From NCBI RefSeq assembly GCF_900111795.1, contig NZ_FOJQ01000011.1:15220-39219 (forward strand): a DNA stretch of 24,000 bases, in the 5' to 3' direction. This DNA comes from Anoxybacillus pushchinoensis (GTDB taxonomy: Bacteria; Bacillota; Bacilli; Bacillales; Anoxybacillaceae). The notes under the pieces were generated by a model. That model was not told the DNA's origin. It saw only the letters and a program-made list of their open reading frames with translations, and did no database searches. Below, one piece after another: positions 9,287 through 19,926 of this stretch (position 1 is its first letter; every line of letters starts with the position of its first letter). Both the position numbers and the translations under genes were made by a program.

Positions 9287-10216
9287 TTATTCAACAACTA
9301 AATCACGTTCTCGTATGATCATGAGCTCCTTTTTGTCATAGCGTCCTTCATGTAGTAAACGTACCGCTTGTTTTCGAATTGCTTTTTCAATCAAGTTTCG
9401 AATGTAACGACCGTTACTAAACTTCCTTTGGCCCCCCTCTACCAGTAGCTGTTCAATATGTTCACGTAGTTTTCGTTCTGCTTCATTAGTAAGCTCGTAT
9501 TCTCTTATATGAAGCATTTGTTTTGCAATTTGTACAAGTTCCTCTGCTGTGTAATCAGGAAACTCAAGCATCAATGGAAAGCGTGACGGTAATCCTGGGT
9601 TGAGAGATAAAAAATAATCCATCTCAGCCGGATATCCTGCTAAAATCACAACTAAATCATCAGAAAAATCTTCGATTCCTTTTACTAACGTATCGATCGC
9701 TTCTTTTCCAAAATCTTTTTCCCCTCCACGTGCTAACGAATATGCTTCATCAATAAATAAAATTCCCCCGCGAGCCTTTTTAATTAAATCACGTGTTTTA
9801 TTTGCTGTATGACCGATGTATTCACCAACTAAATCGGCACGTTCTGCTTCAATAAAGTGTCCTTTGGATAACACGTTCATTTCTAAAAATAACTTCCCAA
9901 GAATACGAGCAACTGTTGTTTTTCCTGTACCTGGGTTCCCTTTAAAAATCATATGAAGCGATTGTTTATTTCCTTTTAATCCGTTCGCTTGACGTGCTTT
10001 ATTAATATATAACCATGCGTAAATTTCCTTAATTAATTTTTTCACTTCACTTAGTCCAACTAACTCATCTAGTTCCTTCTGAATCTCTTTCAATACTGCA
10101 TGTTGATGATAATCAATTCGATTGGCCGTTTCTTCTTTCGGTAAATAATTGACGTTTTTAGCATTAAGTACGATATTAATTTGACTTTTCGTTTGCTTCA
10201 TTGTCAACTCTGACAA
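9287..10216 (-). CDS. spoVK: Stage V sporulation protein K, AAA+ ATPase
   Basis: 309 aa; Walker A FKGNPGTGKTTVARILG, Walker B GGILFIDEAYSLARGG; TTG start after AGGAGAGGTGACGTCGCC; conserved position next to hfq/miaA. Confidence 0.94.
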   Translation of the reverse strand: MSELTMKQTKSQINIVLNAKNVNYLPKEETANRIDYHQHAVLKEIQKELDELVGLSEVKKLIKEIYAWLYINKARQANGLKGNKQSLHMIFKGNPGTGKTTVARILGKLFLEMNVLSKGHFIEAERADLVGEYIGHTANKTRDLIKKARGGILFIDEAYSLARGGEKDFGKEAIDTLVKGIEDFSDDLVVILAGYPAEMDYFLSLNPGLPSRFPLMLEFPDYTAEELVQIAKQMLHIREYELTNEAERKLREHIEQLLVEGGQRKFSNGRYIRNLIEKAIRKQAVRLLHEGRYDKKELMIIRERDLVVE

Positions 10217-10294
10217 GGCGACGTCACCTCTCCTTCACCGTTGCTTCTTTTACTAATATACGCTGTTCATATCCATTTCGTGACAAACGCCTAG

Positions 10295-10329
10295 CGAAAA
10301 AATCGCCCACCTCATTCGGTGAGCGATTT
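10295..10329 (-). terminator. Intrinsic terminator of hfq
   Basis: Minus strand AAATCGCTCACCGAATGAGGTGGGCGATTTTTT; stem with one mismatch plus T-run. Confidence 0.85.
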
Positions 10330-10332
10330 AGC

Positions 10333-10557
10333 TTACTCGATGTCAATTTTCACATTTTTTTGTGGCGCAAATGTGGAAATCGCATGTTTATAAATTAATT
10401 GTTGTTTCCCATCAACTTCCAATAACACAGTAAAATTGTCAAACCCTTTCACTAGACCACGCAATTGAAATCCATTTAACAAAAATACAGTAACCGTTGT
10501 TCCTTCCTTGCGCAACTGGTTTAAAAACTGATCTTGAATATTTATTGTGTTTTTCAT
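10333..10557 (-). CDS. hfq: RNA chaperone Hfq
   Basis: 74 aa; Sm1/Sm2 motifs ([57 protein letters not shown]); downstream of miaA. Confidence 0.98.
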   Translation of the reverse strand: MKNTINIQDQFLNQLRKEGTTVTVFLLNGFQLRGLVKGFDNFTVLLEVDGKQQLIYKHAISTFAPQKNVKIDIE

Positions 10558-10591
10558 TGCTTCGTCCTCCTCTTTTCTCTCTACATTACGT

Positions 10592-11527
10592 CTATATATT
10601 CGACTGAAAGCGAAACTTTCCTTCTATGCAATGCAAAATTTCATTTACTCGCACCGAAAACAGCGTATCATCCGTCATATCAAACCATTGAACAGGCATT
10701 TGATTGCGAAACCATGTCAATTGGCGCTTCGCATAGCGACGCGAGTTTTGCTTCAATTGTTCAATAGCTTCTTCTAGTGTGATAAGTCCATCTAAATACG
10801 AATACAACTCTTTATAACCGATCGCTTGGATGGCCTGACAATCGCGTACACCTTTTTCATGCAATCGTTTCACTTCTTCGATTAATCCTTGAGCAATCAT
10901 TTGATCTACCCGCTTATTAATACGCTCATATAATTTCTCACGTTCCATCGTCAGTCCAATAAGCGCTGCGTTATAGACGAGCTGCCGCTTTTGTTCTTTT
11001 AGCCATTCCGTCATCGTTTTTCCTGTACAATGGTAAATTTCTAATGCACGAATGACGCGACGAACATTATTTGGATGAATACGCTCGGCACTTATCGGAT
11101 CAATTTTTTTTAATTGTTCATAAAGTTCAATGGACGAACATCGTTCTAGCGATTGACGATACAAATCATTTGATGGAGCACTTGAAAATTGGTAATCATA
11201 GATGACAGATTGGATATATAGCCCTGTGCCTCCAACGATGATTGGAAGTTTTCCTCGATTCGTAATCTGTTGAATAAGCGATCGAGCAAGCGTCTGGAAT
11301 TCTGCAACGGAAAAAGATTCATCCGGCTCTTTTATATCAAGTAAATGATGCGGGATTCCTTCCATTTCTTCTCTTTGAATTTTTGCTGTTCCAATATCTA
11401 ATCCTCTGTACACTTGCATCGAGTCACCATTAATAATTTCCCCATCTAAACGCTTGGCCAACTCTATACTCATTTTCGTTTTCCCTACAGCCGTTGGTCC
11501 AATTAACACAACGACTTTCTCTCCCAT
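10592..11527 (-). CDS. miaA: tRNA dimethylallyltransferase
   Basis: 311 aa; [52 protein letters not shown]. Confidence 0.97.
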   Translation of the reverse strand: MGEKVVVLIGPTAVGKTKMSIELAKRLDGEIINGDSMQVYRGLDIGTAKIQREEMEGIPHHLLDIKEPDESFSVAEFQTLARSLIQQITNRGKLPIIVGGTGLYIQSVIYDYQFSSAPSNDLYRQSLERCSSIELYEQLKKIDPISAERIHPNNVRRVIRALEIYHCTGKTMTEWLKEQKRQLVYNAALIGLTMEREKLYERINKRVDQMIAQGLIEEVKRLHEKGVRDCQAIQAIGYKELYSYLDGLITLEEAIEQLKQNSRRYAKRQLTWFRNQMPVQWFDMTDDTLFSVRVNEILHCIEGKFRFQSNI

Positions 11528-11753
11528 AAAACACCACTACTTTCCAATCTAGTTCACATTCACTTATTATAGACAAACGATGTACATTTTATCATCTATA
11601 TAGGTTGTAATAAAGAATTTCCGATCTCCATGTTCCGTCTTTATCACCTGACAAGCTGGCACGGTGACAAGAAGAGCGAACAATGCCATGTAAAACAAAA
11701 TTGCAACTTATATATTTCGAAAAAAATTTAGTCTTGGAAACAATGTATCCTCT

Positions 11754-13580
11754 TTACATGACACGTTTAAACATTTTTTCTAATTCATAAGTAGAAAAAT
11801 GAATAATAATTGGACGACCATGCGGGCATGTAAATGGATCGCTCGTTTTTCGCAACGATTCAAGCAACGCGAATATTTCGTCGCTACGTAAAAATTGATT
11901 CGCTTTAATGGATTGTTTACAGCTCATCATAATCGCAACTTTTTCACGCAACTGCTTCATATCGACTTTTTTCATCGTTAATACTTGTTGAATCATTTCT
12001 TCAATCATTGTCGCCTCTTCCCCTTTTGGAAACCATTGGGGATGGGAACGAACAATGAAACTGTTATGACCAAACGGCTCTAAAAATACGCCGCAAGCTG
12101 CTAATTCATCACGATGACTGTCAATAAGCAAATACTCACTTGATGAATAAGTGAACGTTAGTGGGATAAGCAACGGTTGCAACTCATTTGTGGCCGTTGC
12201 TAATTTTTCGCGAAAATATTCATATTTGATTCGCTCTTGAGCAGCATGTTGATCAATGATATACAATCCATTTTCATTTTGGGCTAAAATATACGTCCCG
12301 TGCATTTGTCCAATCGGATATAGCGGTGGAATACGCTCTTGATCTATTTCTTCGAGTTTTTCTACATGAGGTGGTTCCAGGCTCTCTACATTAAGTGACT
12401 CCGCATCCACATCGCTAGCACGTTTTTCGTTTTTCTCGAATGCGATTCGCTCATCTGCTTTCTTTGCTAGCTCACTGTATGAGATCGTTCGCTGTGGAAC
12501 AATGTTCGATTCTTTCACGACATGTTGAAACGAAAACGTTTGTTGCTCCGTCCTCGGCTTTTCTACCCGCGAGACAGTCACTTCAGGTATTAACGTCTTT
12601 TTTTGAAATACATCACGAATAGCGTGCTGAACAAGTTCGTTTAATTCGCCTTCCTTGCTAAAGCGTACTTCTAGCTTTGCCGGGTGAACATTCACATCTA
12701 CAAGGAGCGGATCCATAGCTATATTTAAAAATGCAATGGGATGTCGCCCGATCGGGAGAAGCGTATGATACCCTTCTTCAATTGCCTTGTATAACGGATA
12801 ATTTTTTACATATCGACCATTTACAATCGTTGTCATATAATTGCGAGAAGCGCGCGTCACCTCTGGCAACGAAACATAGCCATCAATCGTAAAATCAATC
12901 GTTTCAGCGTGAATGGCAACCATTTTTTTTGCAACCTCAAATCCGTAAATCGCAGCTAACACTTGTCGCACATCACCATTTCCGTTCGTATAAAACAGTT
13001 GTTTTCCATTATGTGTCAAACGAAATGAAATGTGTGGATGGGCAAGCGCCAAACGGTTCATCACATCAACAATATGCCCTAGTTCCGTATGAATCGTTTT
13101 CATATACTTTAAGCGAGCTGGCGTATTGAAAAATAAGTGTGAAACAATAATATCCGTTCCTTTTCGACTGCTCGTCCGACCGCTCTGTATAAGTTCTCCA
13201 CCTTTCAACACAACAAACGTTCCTGGACGTTCACCCGTGCTCGTTTTTAATTCTAAATGCGAGACGGATGCAATACTTGGTAAAGCTTCCCCTCTAAAAC
13301 CAAGCGTACGAATGCGGAACAAATCCGCCTCATCTTTAATTTTGCTCGTTGCATGTCGTTCAAACGCTAAAAAACAATCTTCTTCCTCTAATCCATCTCC
13401 ATTGTCAACAACGCGAATTTTCGTTAGTCCCGCCTCTTCTAACTCCACCTCAATGATTGTGCTATGGGCATCAATCGCATTTTCAACAAGCTCTTTTACA
13501 ACGGAGGCTGGCCGCTCAACAACTTCCCCCGCCGCAATTTTATTCGCTAACGCATCATCGAGCTTACGAATTTTCCCCAC
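11754..13580 (-). CDS. mutL: DNA mismatch repair protein MutL
   Basis: 608 aa; [58 protein letters not shown]; GTG start with AAAGGAGGGAAAAC. Confidence 0.98.
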   Translation of the reverse strand: MGKIRKLDDALANKIAAGEVVERPASVVKELVENAIDAHSTIIEVELEEAGLTKIRVVDNGDGLEEEDCFLAFERHATSKIKDEADLFRIRTLGFRGEALPSIASVSHLELKTSTGERPGTFVVLKGGELIQSGRTSSRKGTDIIVSHLFFNTPARLKYMKTIHTELGHIVDVMNRLALAHPHISFRLTHNGKQLFYTNGNGDVRQVLAAIYGFEVAKKMVAIHAETIDFTIDGYVSLPEVTRASRNYMTTIVNGRYVKNYPLYKAIEEGYHTLLPIGRHPIAFLNIAMDPLLVDVNVHPAKLEVRFSKEGELNELVQHAIRDVFQKKTLIPEVTVSRVEKPRTEQQTFSFQHVVKESNIVPQRTISYSELAKKADERIAFEKNEKRASDVDAESLNVESLEPPHVEKLEEIDQERIPPLYPIGQMHGTYILAQNENGLYIIDQHAAQERIKYEYFREKLATATNELQPLLIPLTFTYSSSEYLLIDSHRDELAACGVFLEPFGHNSFIVRSHPQWFPKGEEATMIEEMIQQVLTMKKVDMKQLREKVAIMMSCKQSIKANQFLRSDEIFALLESLRKTSDPFTCPHGRPIIIHFSTYELEKMFKRVM

Positions 13581-13593
13581 GTTTTCCCTCCTT

Positions 13594-16161
13594 TCATTTT
13601 AGCAGTTTTTGAATTTCGTATAGTTTATTCATTGCTTCAAGCGGTGTCATATCAAGCAAGTTGATGGATTGAATACGCTTGATCACTTCCTTTTCTTTTT
13701 TAGATACGCTCGAACGTGTTTCATCGTTTGTTTCAAGAAATATGCTTAACTGTTGAAACTCTTCTTCCTTTTCTTTTACAACGGGAGCTGTATTTGTTTC
13801 AAACTCGTGTAAAATTTGTTCCGCTCGCTTAATTAAATCAAACGGCAACTTGGCTAATTGTGCGACATGAATGCCATAACTTTTATCAGCTGGACCCTCT
13901 TTAATTTTATGCAAAAAAATGACGGTTCCATTTTCCTCAATGGCACTAACGTGAACATTTTTCAAACGCGGCAATTGTTTTTCAAGCGCTGTTAATTCAT
14001 GATAATGAGTGCTAAACAATGTTTTCGCACCAATTCGATCGTGGATGTATTCAATCATCGCTTGAGCGAGCGCCATGCCATCGTATGTGGATGTTCCACG
14101 TCCAATTTCATCAAATAACACAAGGCTATTTTGTGTCGCGTGCACGATGGCGTTACGTGCCTCTAACATTTCAACCATAAATGTACTTTGGCCTGCGACT
14201 AAATCATCAGCCGCCCCGATACGCGTAAACACTTGATCAAAAATAGGTAATATCGCTTCTTCTGCTGGGACAAAACAGCCAATTTGCGCCATAATAGCTG
14301 TTAATGCAATTTGACGCATATATGTGCTTTTTCCAGACATATTTGGTCCTGTAATAAGTAACATTTCTCGTTCGGCATCCATATAGCAATCGTTCGGAAC
14401 GTATACGTTAGATCCTAGCACTTTTTCGACAACAGGATGTCGTCCTTGCTGAATGACAAGGCGGCGATCATGGGAAAACTGCGGTCTACAGTAGTTATAT
14501 TTTTCACTCACCGTAGCAAAACATTGTATCACATCTAATTGACTAATGTATTTAGCTAATTTTTGTAAACGCACAATATATTGTTTTACTTGTTCGCGAA
14601 TAGAAACAAACAGCTCATATTCTAACTCTATACTCTTTTCTTCTGCTTCTAAAATAAGTGCTTCTTTTTCTTTCAGCTCTTTCGTCACAAATCGTTCGGC
14701 GTTAGCTAACGTTTGTTTGCGCTCATATCGTCCTTCCGGCAACAAATGTAGGTTCGCTTTTGTTACTTCGATATAGTATCCAAACACTCGGTTATAACCA
14801 ATCTTTAACGATTTAATTCCAGTTAATTCCCGCTCCCTCGTCTCTAACTGCGCGATCCACGTTTTTCCATTTCGACTTGCATCTCGAAATCGATCGAGCG
14901 CTTCGTTATAACCATCTTTAATGATGCCCCCCTCTCTCACGGAAAGAGGTGGATTTTCCTCAATCGCTTCTTCTAACAATCGAACAAGATCCTCGCATGC
15001 GTCCAAATGTTGAGCAAAGGCTTGAACATGTTCATCATGAATTTGCATAAGAAGAGTAGAAATCATTGGCACTTGCTTTAACGATTTTTTTAATTGAATT
15101 AAATCGCGCGCGTTAACATTCCCAAATGCTACACGCCCAGCTAATCGTTCTAAATCATATACCCCACGAAGATGCTCGCGCAATTCTTGACGTTCAAAAT
15201 AGCTTATCTGAAGTTGTTCAACAAGATGCAACCGCTGCTCAATTTTTTCACGGTCTAACAACGGACGGTCAATCCATTGCTTAAGCAATCGCCCCCCCAT
15301 CGCTGTCATCGTTTCATCAAGAAGCCAAAAAAGTGAGCCGTTTTTTCCTTTCGCACGAATCGTTTCAGTTAACTCTAAGTTTCGTTTGGAGTACACATCA
15401 ATTTTCATATACGCATCCACTTCATACAATTCTACTGGCTGCAAATGAGCTAAACTCCGCTTTTGTGTTTTGATTAAATAGTTGAACAGTCGTCCACATG
15501 TCACTAATAATTTTTCTTGCTTCAAGTGGGATACAATAGATTGACAAGCATTCGGAATCGTTGTTTCATCTTCGCATGAAATCGTCAAAGCATATCGTTC
15601 CTGCAAAAATTGACATTGCTCTTTATACGCTGTCGCAACAACTAATTCTTTTGTTCCGATGGAGTAAATCTCGTTCAATACATCTTCGAACGAATGGAGC
15701 AACGTCATCCGGCTTTCCCCTGTTGTTAAGTCAGCATAAGCAATACCATACGTACCATCTTCAAATGATGTTAGTGAGGCTAAATAGTTGTTCGCTTTCT
15801 CTTCCAGTTGCTTCCCTTCCATGACTGTTCCAGGGGTAATGAGCTGAACAACTTCCCGACGCACAACTCCTTTCGCTGTTTTTGGATCTTCAACTTGTTC
15901 ACAAATAGCAACTTTATATCCTTTTTCAATTAAACGTTCAATATACATGGCGGCAGAATGATAAGGCACCCCGCACATCGGCACTCGCTCTTCTCCACCA
16001 CCATCCCGACTTGTAAGAGTAATTTCTAACTCTTGTGATGCTTTAATCGCATCATCAAAAAACATTTCATAAAAATCACCGAGACGAAAAAAAAGAAATG
16101 CGTCTTTATATTGTGACTTAATTGCTAAATATTGTTGAATCATTGGTGTATAAGTCATCAT
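13594..16161 (-). CDS. mutS: DNA mismatch repair protein MutS
   Basis: ORF 13594..16179; likely start at 16161 or 16158 after TGGAGGAAAG. MutS motifs [60 protein letters not shown]. Confidence 0.97.
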   Translation of the reverse strand: MMTYTPMIQQYLAIKSQYKDAFLFFRLGDFYEMFFDDAIKASQELEITLTSRDGGGEERVPMCGVPYHSAAMYIERLIEKGYKVAICEQVEDPKTAKGVVRREVVQLITPGTVMEGKQLEEKANNYLASLTSFEDGTYGIAYADLTTGESRMTLLHSFEDVLNEIYSIGTKELVVATAYKEQCQFLQERYALTISCEDETTIPNACQSIVSHLKQEKLLVTCGRLFNYLIKTQKRSLAHLQPVELYEVDAYMKIDVYSKRNLELTETIRAKGKNGSLFWLLDETMTAMGGRLLKQWIDRPLLDREKIEQRLHLVEQLQISYFERQELREHLRGVYDLERLAGRVAFGNVNARDLIQLKKSLKQVPMISTLLMQIHDEHVQAFAQHLDACEDLVRLLEEAIEENPPLSVREGGIIKDGYNEALDRFRDASRNGKTWIAQLETRERELTGIKSLKIGYNRVFGYYIEVTKANLHLLPEGRYERKQTLANAERFVTKELKEKEALILEAEEKSIELEYELFVSIREQVKQYIVRLQKLAKYISQLDVIQCFATVSEKYNYCRPQFSHDRRLVIQQGRHPVVEKVLGSNVYVPNDCYMDAEREMLLITGPNMSGKSTYMRQIALTAIMAQIGCFVPAEEAILPIFDQVFTRIGAADDLVAGQSTFMVEMLEARNAIVHATQNSLVLFDEIGRGTSTYDGMALAQAMIEYIHDRIGAKTLFSTHYHELTALEKQLPRLKNVHVSAIEENGTVIFLHKIKEGPADKSYGIHVAQLAKLPFDLIKRAEQILHEFETNTAPVVKEKEEEFQQLSIFLETNDETRSSVSKKEKEVIKRIQSINLLDMTPLEAMNKLYEIQKLLK

Positions 16162-16206
16162 CTTTCCTCCAACACCCAAAATATTGACTTCAATTATTAT
16201 AACAAA

Positions 16207-16244
16207 AATAAAAACTAGGAAGAATAAACTTCCTAGTTTTTATT
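16207..16244. terminator. Intrinsic terminator of cotE, overlapping its stop codon
   Basis: Perfect 16-bp inverted repeat AATAAAAACTAGGAAG / CTTCCTAGTTTTTATT with 6-nt loop; cotE stop codon (16233-16235) lies in the stem. Confidence 0.9.
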
Positions 16245-16769
16245 GCTTCCTTCTTGAAGAAGCTCCTCGTCTAACTGTTCTAATTCCGCGTCAATGTCTT
16301 CATCGACTTCGTCTGGTGACGTATCAACTACTGCAATACGAACCTTTGTTTCTCCGACGACTTCTGCTACAAACTCTCGCTCCACTTCAACAGTTACTTT
16401 ATTCCCCGTTGGGGCAATCGTACATTCTAGACAATTTGGTTGTTGCACAACGCGCGCAATGACCTCTTGTTCTTCACTAATAAGCTCTTCGTTCCGATAC
16501 TTTAATGGAATTACATCTGTGTACGACACCGTTTCTGTCAACACTTCCGTTTTCGTATTATCGTTGTATGAGTACCACACGTTTACATCATACTTCCCAT
16601 GAATTTCAACACTACGATCTACTTTTTTTGCTTCATACCGATGGTTAATGATCCAGCAACCGAGCACGCTCGTTGGACGATGTTGTGCAGAAACCGTATG
16701 CGTTGACTGCGTAAACTTCCGCCCTTTTCCCACAACCGCCTTCGTAATAATCTCTCTGTATTCAGACAT
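16233..16769 (-). CDS. cotE: Outer spore coat morphogenetic protein CotE
   Basis: ORF 16233..16796; likely start [43 protein letters not shown] at 16769 after GAGGAGGGTTTGTTCC; acidic C-terminus typical of CotE. Confidence 0.96.
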   Translation of the reverse strand: MSEYREIITKAVVGKGRKFTQSTHTVSAQHRPTSVLGCWIINHRYEAKKVDRSVEIHGKYDVNVWYSYNDNTKTEVLTETVSYTDVIPLKYRNEELISEEQEVIARVVQQPNCLECTIAPTGNKVTVEVEREFVAEVVGETKVRIAVVDTSPDEVDEDIDAELEQLDEELLQEGSNKN

Positions 16770-16805
16770 GGAACAAACCCTCCTCAAAAAATGCATTGTT
16801 CATTC

Positions 16806-16832
16806 TATCCTATGCACTAGTAACCAAAAAGT
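16806..16832 (-). promoter_or_regulatory. Predicted SigK-type promoter of cotE
   Basis: Minus strand AC-N16-CATAGGATA (16831-16832 and 16806-16814), matching AC / CATANNNTA. Confidence 0.55.
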
Positions 16833-16864
16833 GTACAATAAAAAACAATCATTCCGTATAGTTC

Positions 16865-16890
16865 ATTGTATGCAGCGGATGAGAAATATG
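16865..16890 (-). promoter_or_regulatory. Possible SigE-type promoter of cotE
   Basis: Minus strand CATATT-N12-CATACAAT; -10 matches the SigE consensus, but the spacing is shorter than usual. Confidence 0.35.
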
Positions 16891-16900
16891 TACAAAAACA

Positions 16901-16931
16901 TAAAAAAGAGCCCATGTAAAATGGACTCTTT
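16901..16931 (-). terminator. Intrinsic terminator of ricA
   Basis: Minus strand AAAGAGTCCATTTTACATGGGCTCTTTTTTA; stem with one mismatch and T-run, starting at the ricA stop. Confidence 0.82.
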
Positions 16932-17361
16932 AATGGCAATGACCACAATGACTATGCTTCACTTGAGCTCCTGTTTCCCCGCGCAGCACGTCGCCACCCG
17001 TCGATGTAATAATTTCATCCGTCACCGTCTTTGAAATGGTCGAAGCAACAAGCTGCAACAAATCATTAATTTCTACTTGTGATTGTTTGAATTGCTCTAC
17101 AATTGGAATGTCTGATAGTTGCTCATATATGTCATCAATTTGCGCTTCAACTTTTTTTAACGCCTCAGTCTTTCCGTAATGTTGTAAATTTACAGCTTGT
17201 TTTTGTAAAGACTTAATTTTAGTGATCATCGTACGCACTTTTTCATTTTCATGAATTTTTGCCTCTGCCTGTTTAAAAATCTCAACTTCTTCCGTTTCAG
17301 CGATCATTTTAGCTAACTCTCTTGCTTTTTGTACGATCTCATCTTTCGTATATTTCGCCAC
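16930..17361 (-). CDS. ricA: RicA (YmcA) family regulatory protein
   Basis: 143 aa; MAKYTKDEIVQKARELAKMIAETEEVEIFKQAEAKI..., C-terminal HSHCGHCH; between miaB and cotE as in B. subtilis. Confidence 0.92.
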   Translation of the reverse strand: MAKYTKDEIVQKARELAKMIAETEEVEIFKQAEAKIHENEKVRTMITKIKSLQKQAVNLQHYGKTEALKKVEAQIDDIYEQLSDIPIVEQFKQSQVEINDLLQLVASTISKTVTDEIITSTGGDVLRGETGAQVKHSHCGHCH

Positions 17362-17380
17362 GTTATTTCACCTCAATCGC

Positions 17381-18943
17381 TTATTCTACCATTTCTCCGT
17401 TTAATGTCCATGTTTTCGCTTCAGTAATCCGCACGTTTACAAGTTGACCGATCGCAGACTTTGGACCAATAAAATTAACAAGTTTGTTTTTGCGCGTGTA
17501 TCCTGCAAGAACATTCGGGTTGTTTTTGCTTTCTCCCTCTACTAATACTTCGACAACTTGTCCTTCATATTCCTTCATTTTTTTCGCAGAAATTTCGTTG
17601 ACTAATGCATTTAACCGTTGCAGACGTTCTTTTTTCACTTCCATCGGTACGTTATCAACCATTTTTGCTGCTGGCGTCCCTTCACGCGGCGAGTAAATGA
17701 ACGTAAACGCAGAATCAAATTCAACTTCGCGATATAACGACAACGTTTCTTCAAATTGCTCGTCCGTCTCATTTGGGAAACCGACAATAATATCTGTCGT
17801 GAGTGCCACACCTGGAATCGCCTCTTTAATTTTACGAACAAGCTCTAAATATTGTTCACGTGTATATTTCCGTGCCATCATTTTTAACACTTCGCTACTT
17901 CCAGATTGGACTGGTAAGTGAATATGCTCGACTAAATTTCCACCTTTCGCCAACACCTCGATTAAATGATCGTCAAAATCGCGCGGATGACTTGTTGTGA
18001 AACGAATGCGTGGAATATCGATCTTGCGCAATTCATCCATTAAATGGCCAAGACCGTATTTCATATCAGTAAAATCTTTTCCATATGCGTTGACGTTTTG
18101 ACCTAAAAGAGTAATTTCTTTATATCCTTGTGCCGCTAAATGACGTACTTCTTGAATAATATCTTCTGGACGACGGCTTCGCTCTTTTCCTCGCGTATAC
18201 GGAACGATACAGTACGTACAAAACTTATCGCAGCCGTACATAATGTTAACCCATGCTTTAATGTTCCCTTTCCGCACTTTTGGTAAATTCTCGATGACAT
18301 CGCCTTCCTTTGACCAAACTTCTACAACCATTTCTTTTGACATATACGCTTCTTTCAAAATGTAAGGAAGGCGGTGAATGTTATGAGTACCAAAAATCAT
18401 GTCAACATATTGGAACTGCTTTAAAATTTTATTAACAACCGACTCCTCTTGTGACATACAGCCACATACCCCGAGCAATAAGTCTGGGTTGTTTTGCTTA
18501 AGAGGTTTTAAGTGGCCGATTTCCCCAAACACTTTATTTTCCGCGTTTTCACGAATTGCACACGTATTTAACAAAATGACATTGGCATCTTCAGGACGAT
18601 CCGTTGGCTCATAGCCGAGAGCCATAAAAATTCCCGCCATCACTTCTGTATCGTGTTCATTCATTTGACAGCCGTACGTACGAATATAAAACTTTCGCCC
18701 ATTCCCCATGCCGCGGAATTCTTCAGGAATAGAAAAATCTTTATGATATTTCACTTCCTCTTTTCCCCGTTTTTTCGCTTCCTTCAGAGACGGTGGGACA
18801 AATACAGTCGAAAAATATTTTTCATAGTCTTGGCTCGTTTTTTGCTTCAAGCGATGTAAATTCTCATCCAAGGCGGATTTTTTGTCCGTTGGATGATCTG
18901 TTTCAATTTGTGCTGTGTACTGTAAACGTTGTTTTTCGTTCAT
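17381..18943 (-). CDS. miaB: tRNA-2-methylthio-N6-dimethylallyladenosine synthase
   Basis: 520 aa; [27 protein letters not shown], radical SAM motif [26 protein letters not shown]-like C-terminus. Confidence 0.97.
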   Translation of the reverse strand: MNEKQRLQYTAQIETDHPTDKKSALDENLHRLKQKTSQDYEKYFSTVFVPPSLKEAKKRGKEEVKYHKDFSIPEEFRGMGNGRKFYIRTYGCQMNEHDTEVMAGIFMALGYEPTDRPEDANVILLNTCAIRENAENKVFGEIGHLKPLKQNNPDLLLGVCGCMSQEESVVNKILKQFQYVDMIFGTHNIHRLPYILKEAYMSKEMVVEVWSKEGDVIENLPKVRKGNIKAWVNIMYGCDKFCTYCIVPYTRGKERSRRPEDIIQEVRHLAAQGYKEITLLGQNVNAYGKDFTDMKYGLGHLMDELRKIDIPRIRFTTSHPRDFDDHLIEVLAKGGNLVEHIHLPVQSGSSEVLKMMARKYTREQYLELVRKIKEAIPGVALTTDIIVGFPNETDEQFEETLSLYREVEFDSAFTFIYSPREGTPAAKMVDNVPMEVKKERLQRLNALVNEISAKKMKEYEGQVVEVLVEGESKNNPNVLAGYTRKNKLVNFIGPKSAIGQLVNVRITEAKTWTLNGEMVE

Positions 18944-19025
18944 CGGTATTCTCCTTTCTTTTGTTCATAGATGCACACTAACATAGTATATTATTTTCCG
19001 AGCGTTTAAACAATGTTTTTCCATA

Positions 19026-19057
19026 AAAAAGAGGATGGTTTTCACCACCCTCTTTTT
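19026..19057 (-). terminator. Intrinsic terminator of the oxoacid:ferredoxin oxidoreductase operon
   Basis: Minus strand AAAAAGAGGGTGGTGAAAACCATCCTCTTTTTT; adjacent to the stop codon at 19058. Confidence 0.87.
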
Positions 19058-19924
19058 CTACATAAACTCCGCAACAAGTTGATCGAATTTTTCTTTACTG
19101 ATTGTTAAATCCGCTTCTGTCAATGGTTTCTCGCTATAACCTGGCACAAGGTCTTGGTACGATTGACGTTCTTTGTTTTGATAAATGAGCCCTGTCACAA
19201 GTCCTTTATGCTTCATTAACGTTTGCATCGCCATCTCTCGGTTAGATGGGTCATATCCTTCGATCGAGCTTAAGCTCGTTAAATTGTCTTTAAACCAATC
19301 ATAAGTGTTCACTTTGTTGTATGTGACGCACGGGCTAAACACGTTAATGAGCGAAAAGCCTTTATGCTTTATACCTTCCTCGATTAGCTGCGTCAACTCT
19401 TTTAAGTCACTAGAAAAGCTTTGGGCGACGAATGTTGCCCCAGCTGTTAACGCCATTTCCATAACCGATAGGGCTGGTTCTACTGAGCCTTGAGGCGTAC
19501 TCTTCGTTTTAAAACCAACCTCACTGCGCGGAGATGTTTGTCCTTTTGTCAAGCCGTAAATTTGGTTATCCATAACGATGTACGTAATGTCGATATTGCG
19601 TCGAATCGCGTGAATCGTGTGACCCATTCCAATCGCAAATCCGTCGCCATCACCACCAGCCGCAATGACAGTTAAGTCGCGATTTGCCATTTTTACCCCT
19701 TGAGCAATTGGGAGGGCACGGCCGTGCACACCGTGAAAACCGTATGAGTTAATGTAACCAGAAATACGACCGGAACAACCGATACCAGATACAACAACTA
19801 GTTCGTGTGGTTCAAGTCCAACGTTAGCGGCAGCACGTTGAATCGCTGCTTGCACGGAAAAGTCGCCACAACCTGGACACCAGTTCGGTTTAATGTTATT
19901 ACGGAAATCTTTAAATGTCGCCAT
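19058..19924 (-). CDS. korB: 2-oxoacid:ferredoxin oxidoreductase, beta subunit (TPP-binding; 2-oxoglutarate type likely)
   Basis: Start MATFKDFRNNIKPNWCPGCGDFSVQAAIQRA at 19924 in the longer ORF; TPP-binding GDGDGFAIGMGHTIHAIRRNIDITYIVMDNQIYGLTKGQTSPRS. Confidence 0.93.
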   Translation of the reverse strand: MATFKDFRNNIKPNWCPGCGDFSVQAAIQRAAANVGLEPHELVVVSGIGCSGRISGYINSYGFHGVHGRALPIAQGVKMANRDLTVIAAGGDGDGFAIGMGHTIHAIRRNIDITYIVMDNQIYGLTKGQTSPRSEVGFKTKSTPQGSVEPALSVMEMALTAGATFVAQSFSSDLKELTQLIEEGIKHKGFSLINVFSPCVTYNKVNTYDWFKDNLTSLSSIEGYDPSNREMAMQTLMKHKGLVTGLIYQNKERQSYQDLVPGYSEKPLTEADLTISKEKFDQLVAEFM

Positions 19925-19926
19925 GT

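Noticed and set aside
13126-13602. Plus-strand 158-aa ORF
   Set aside because: Antisense to the highly conserved mutL N-terminus; no independent support.
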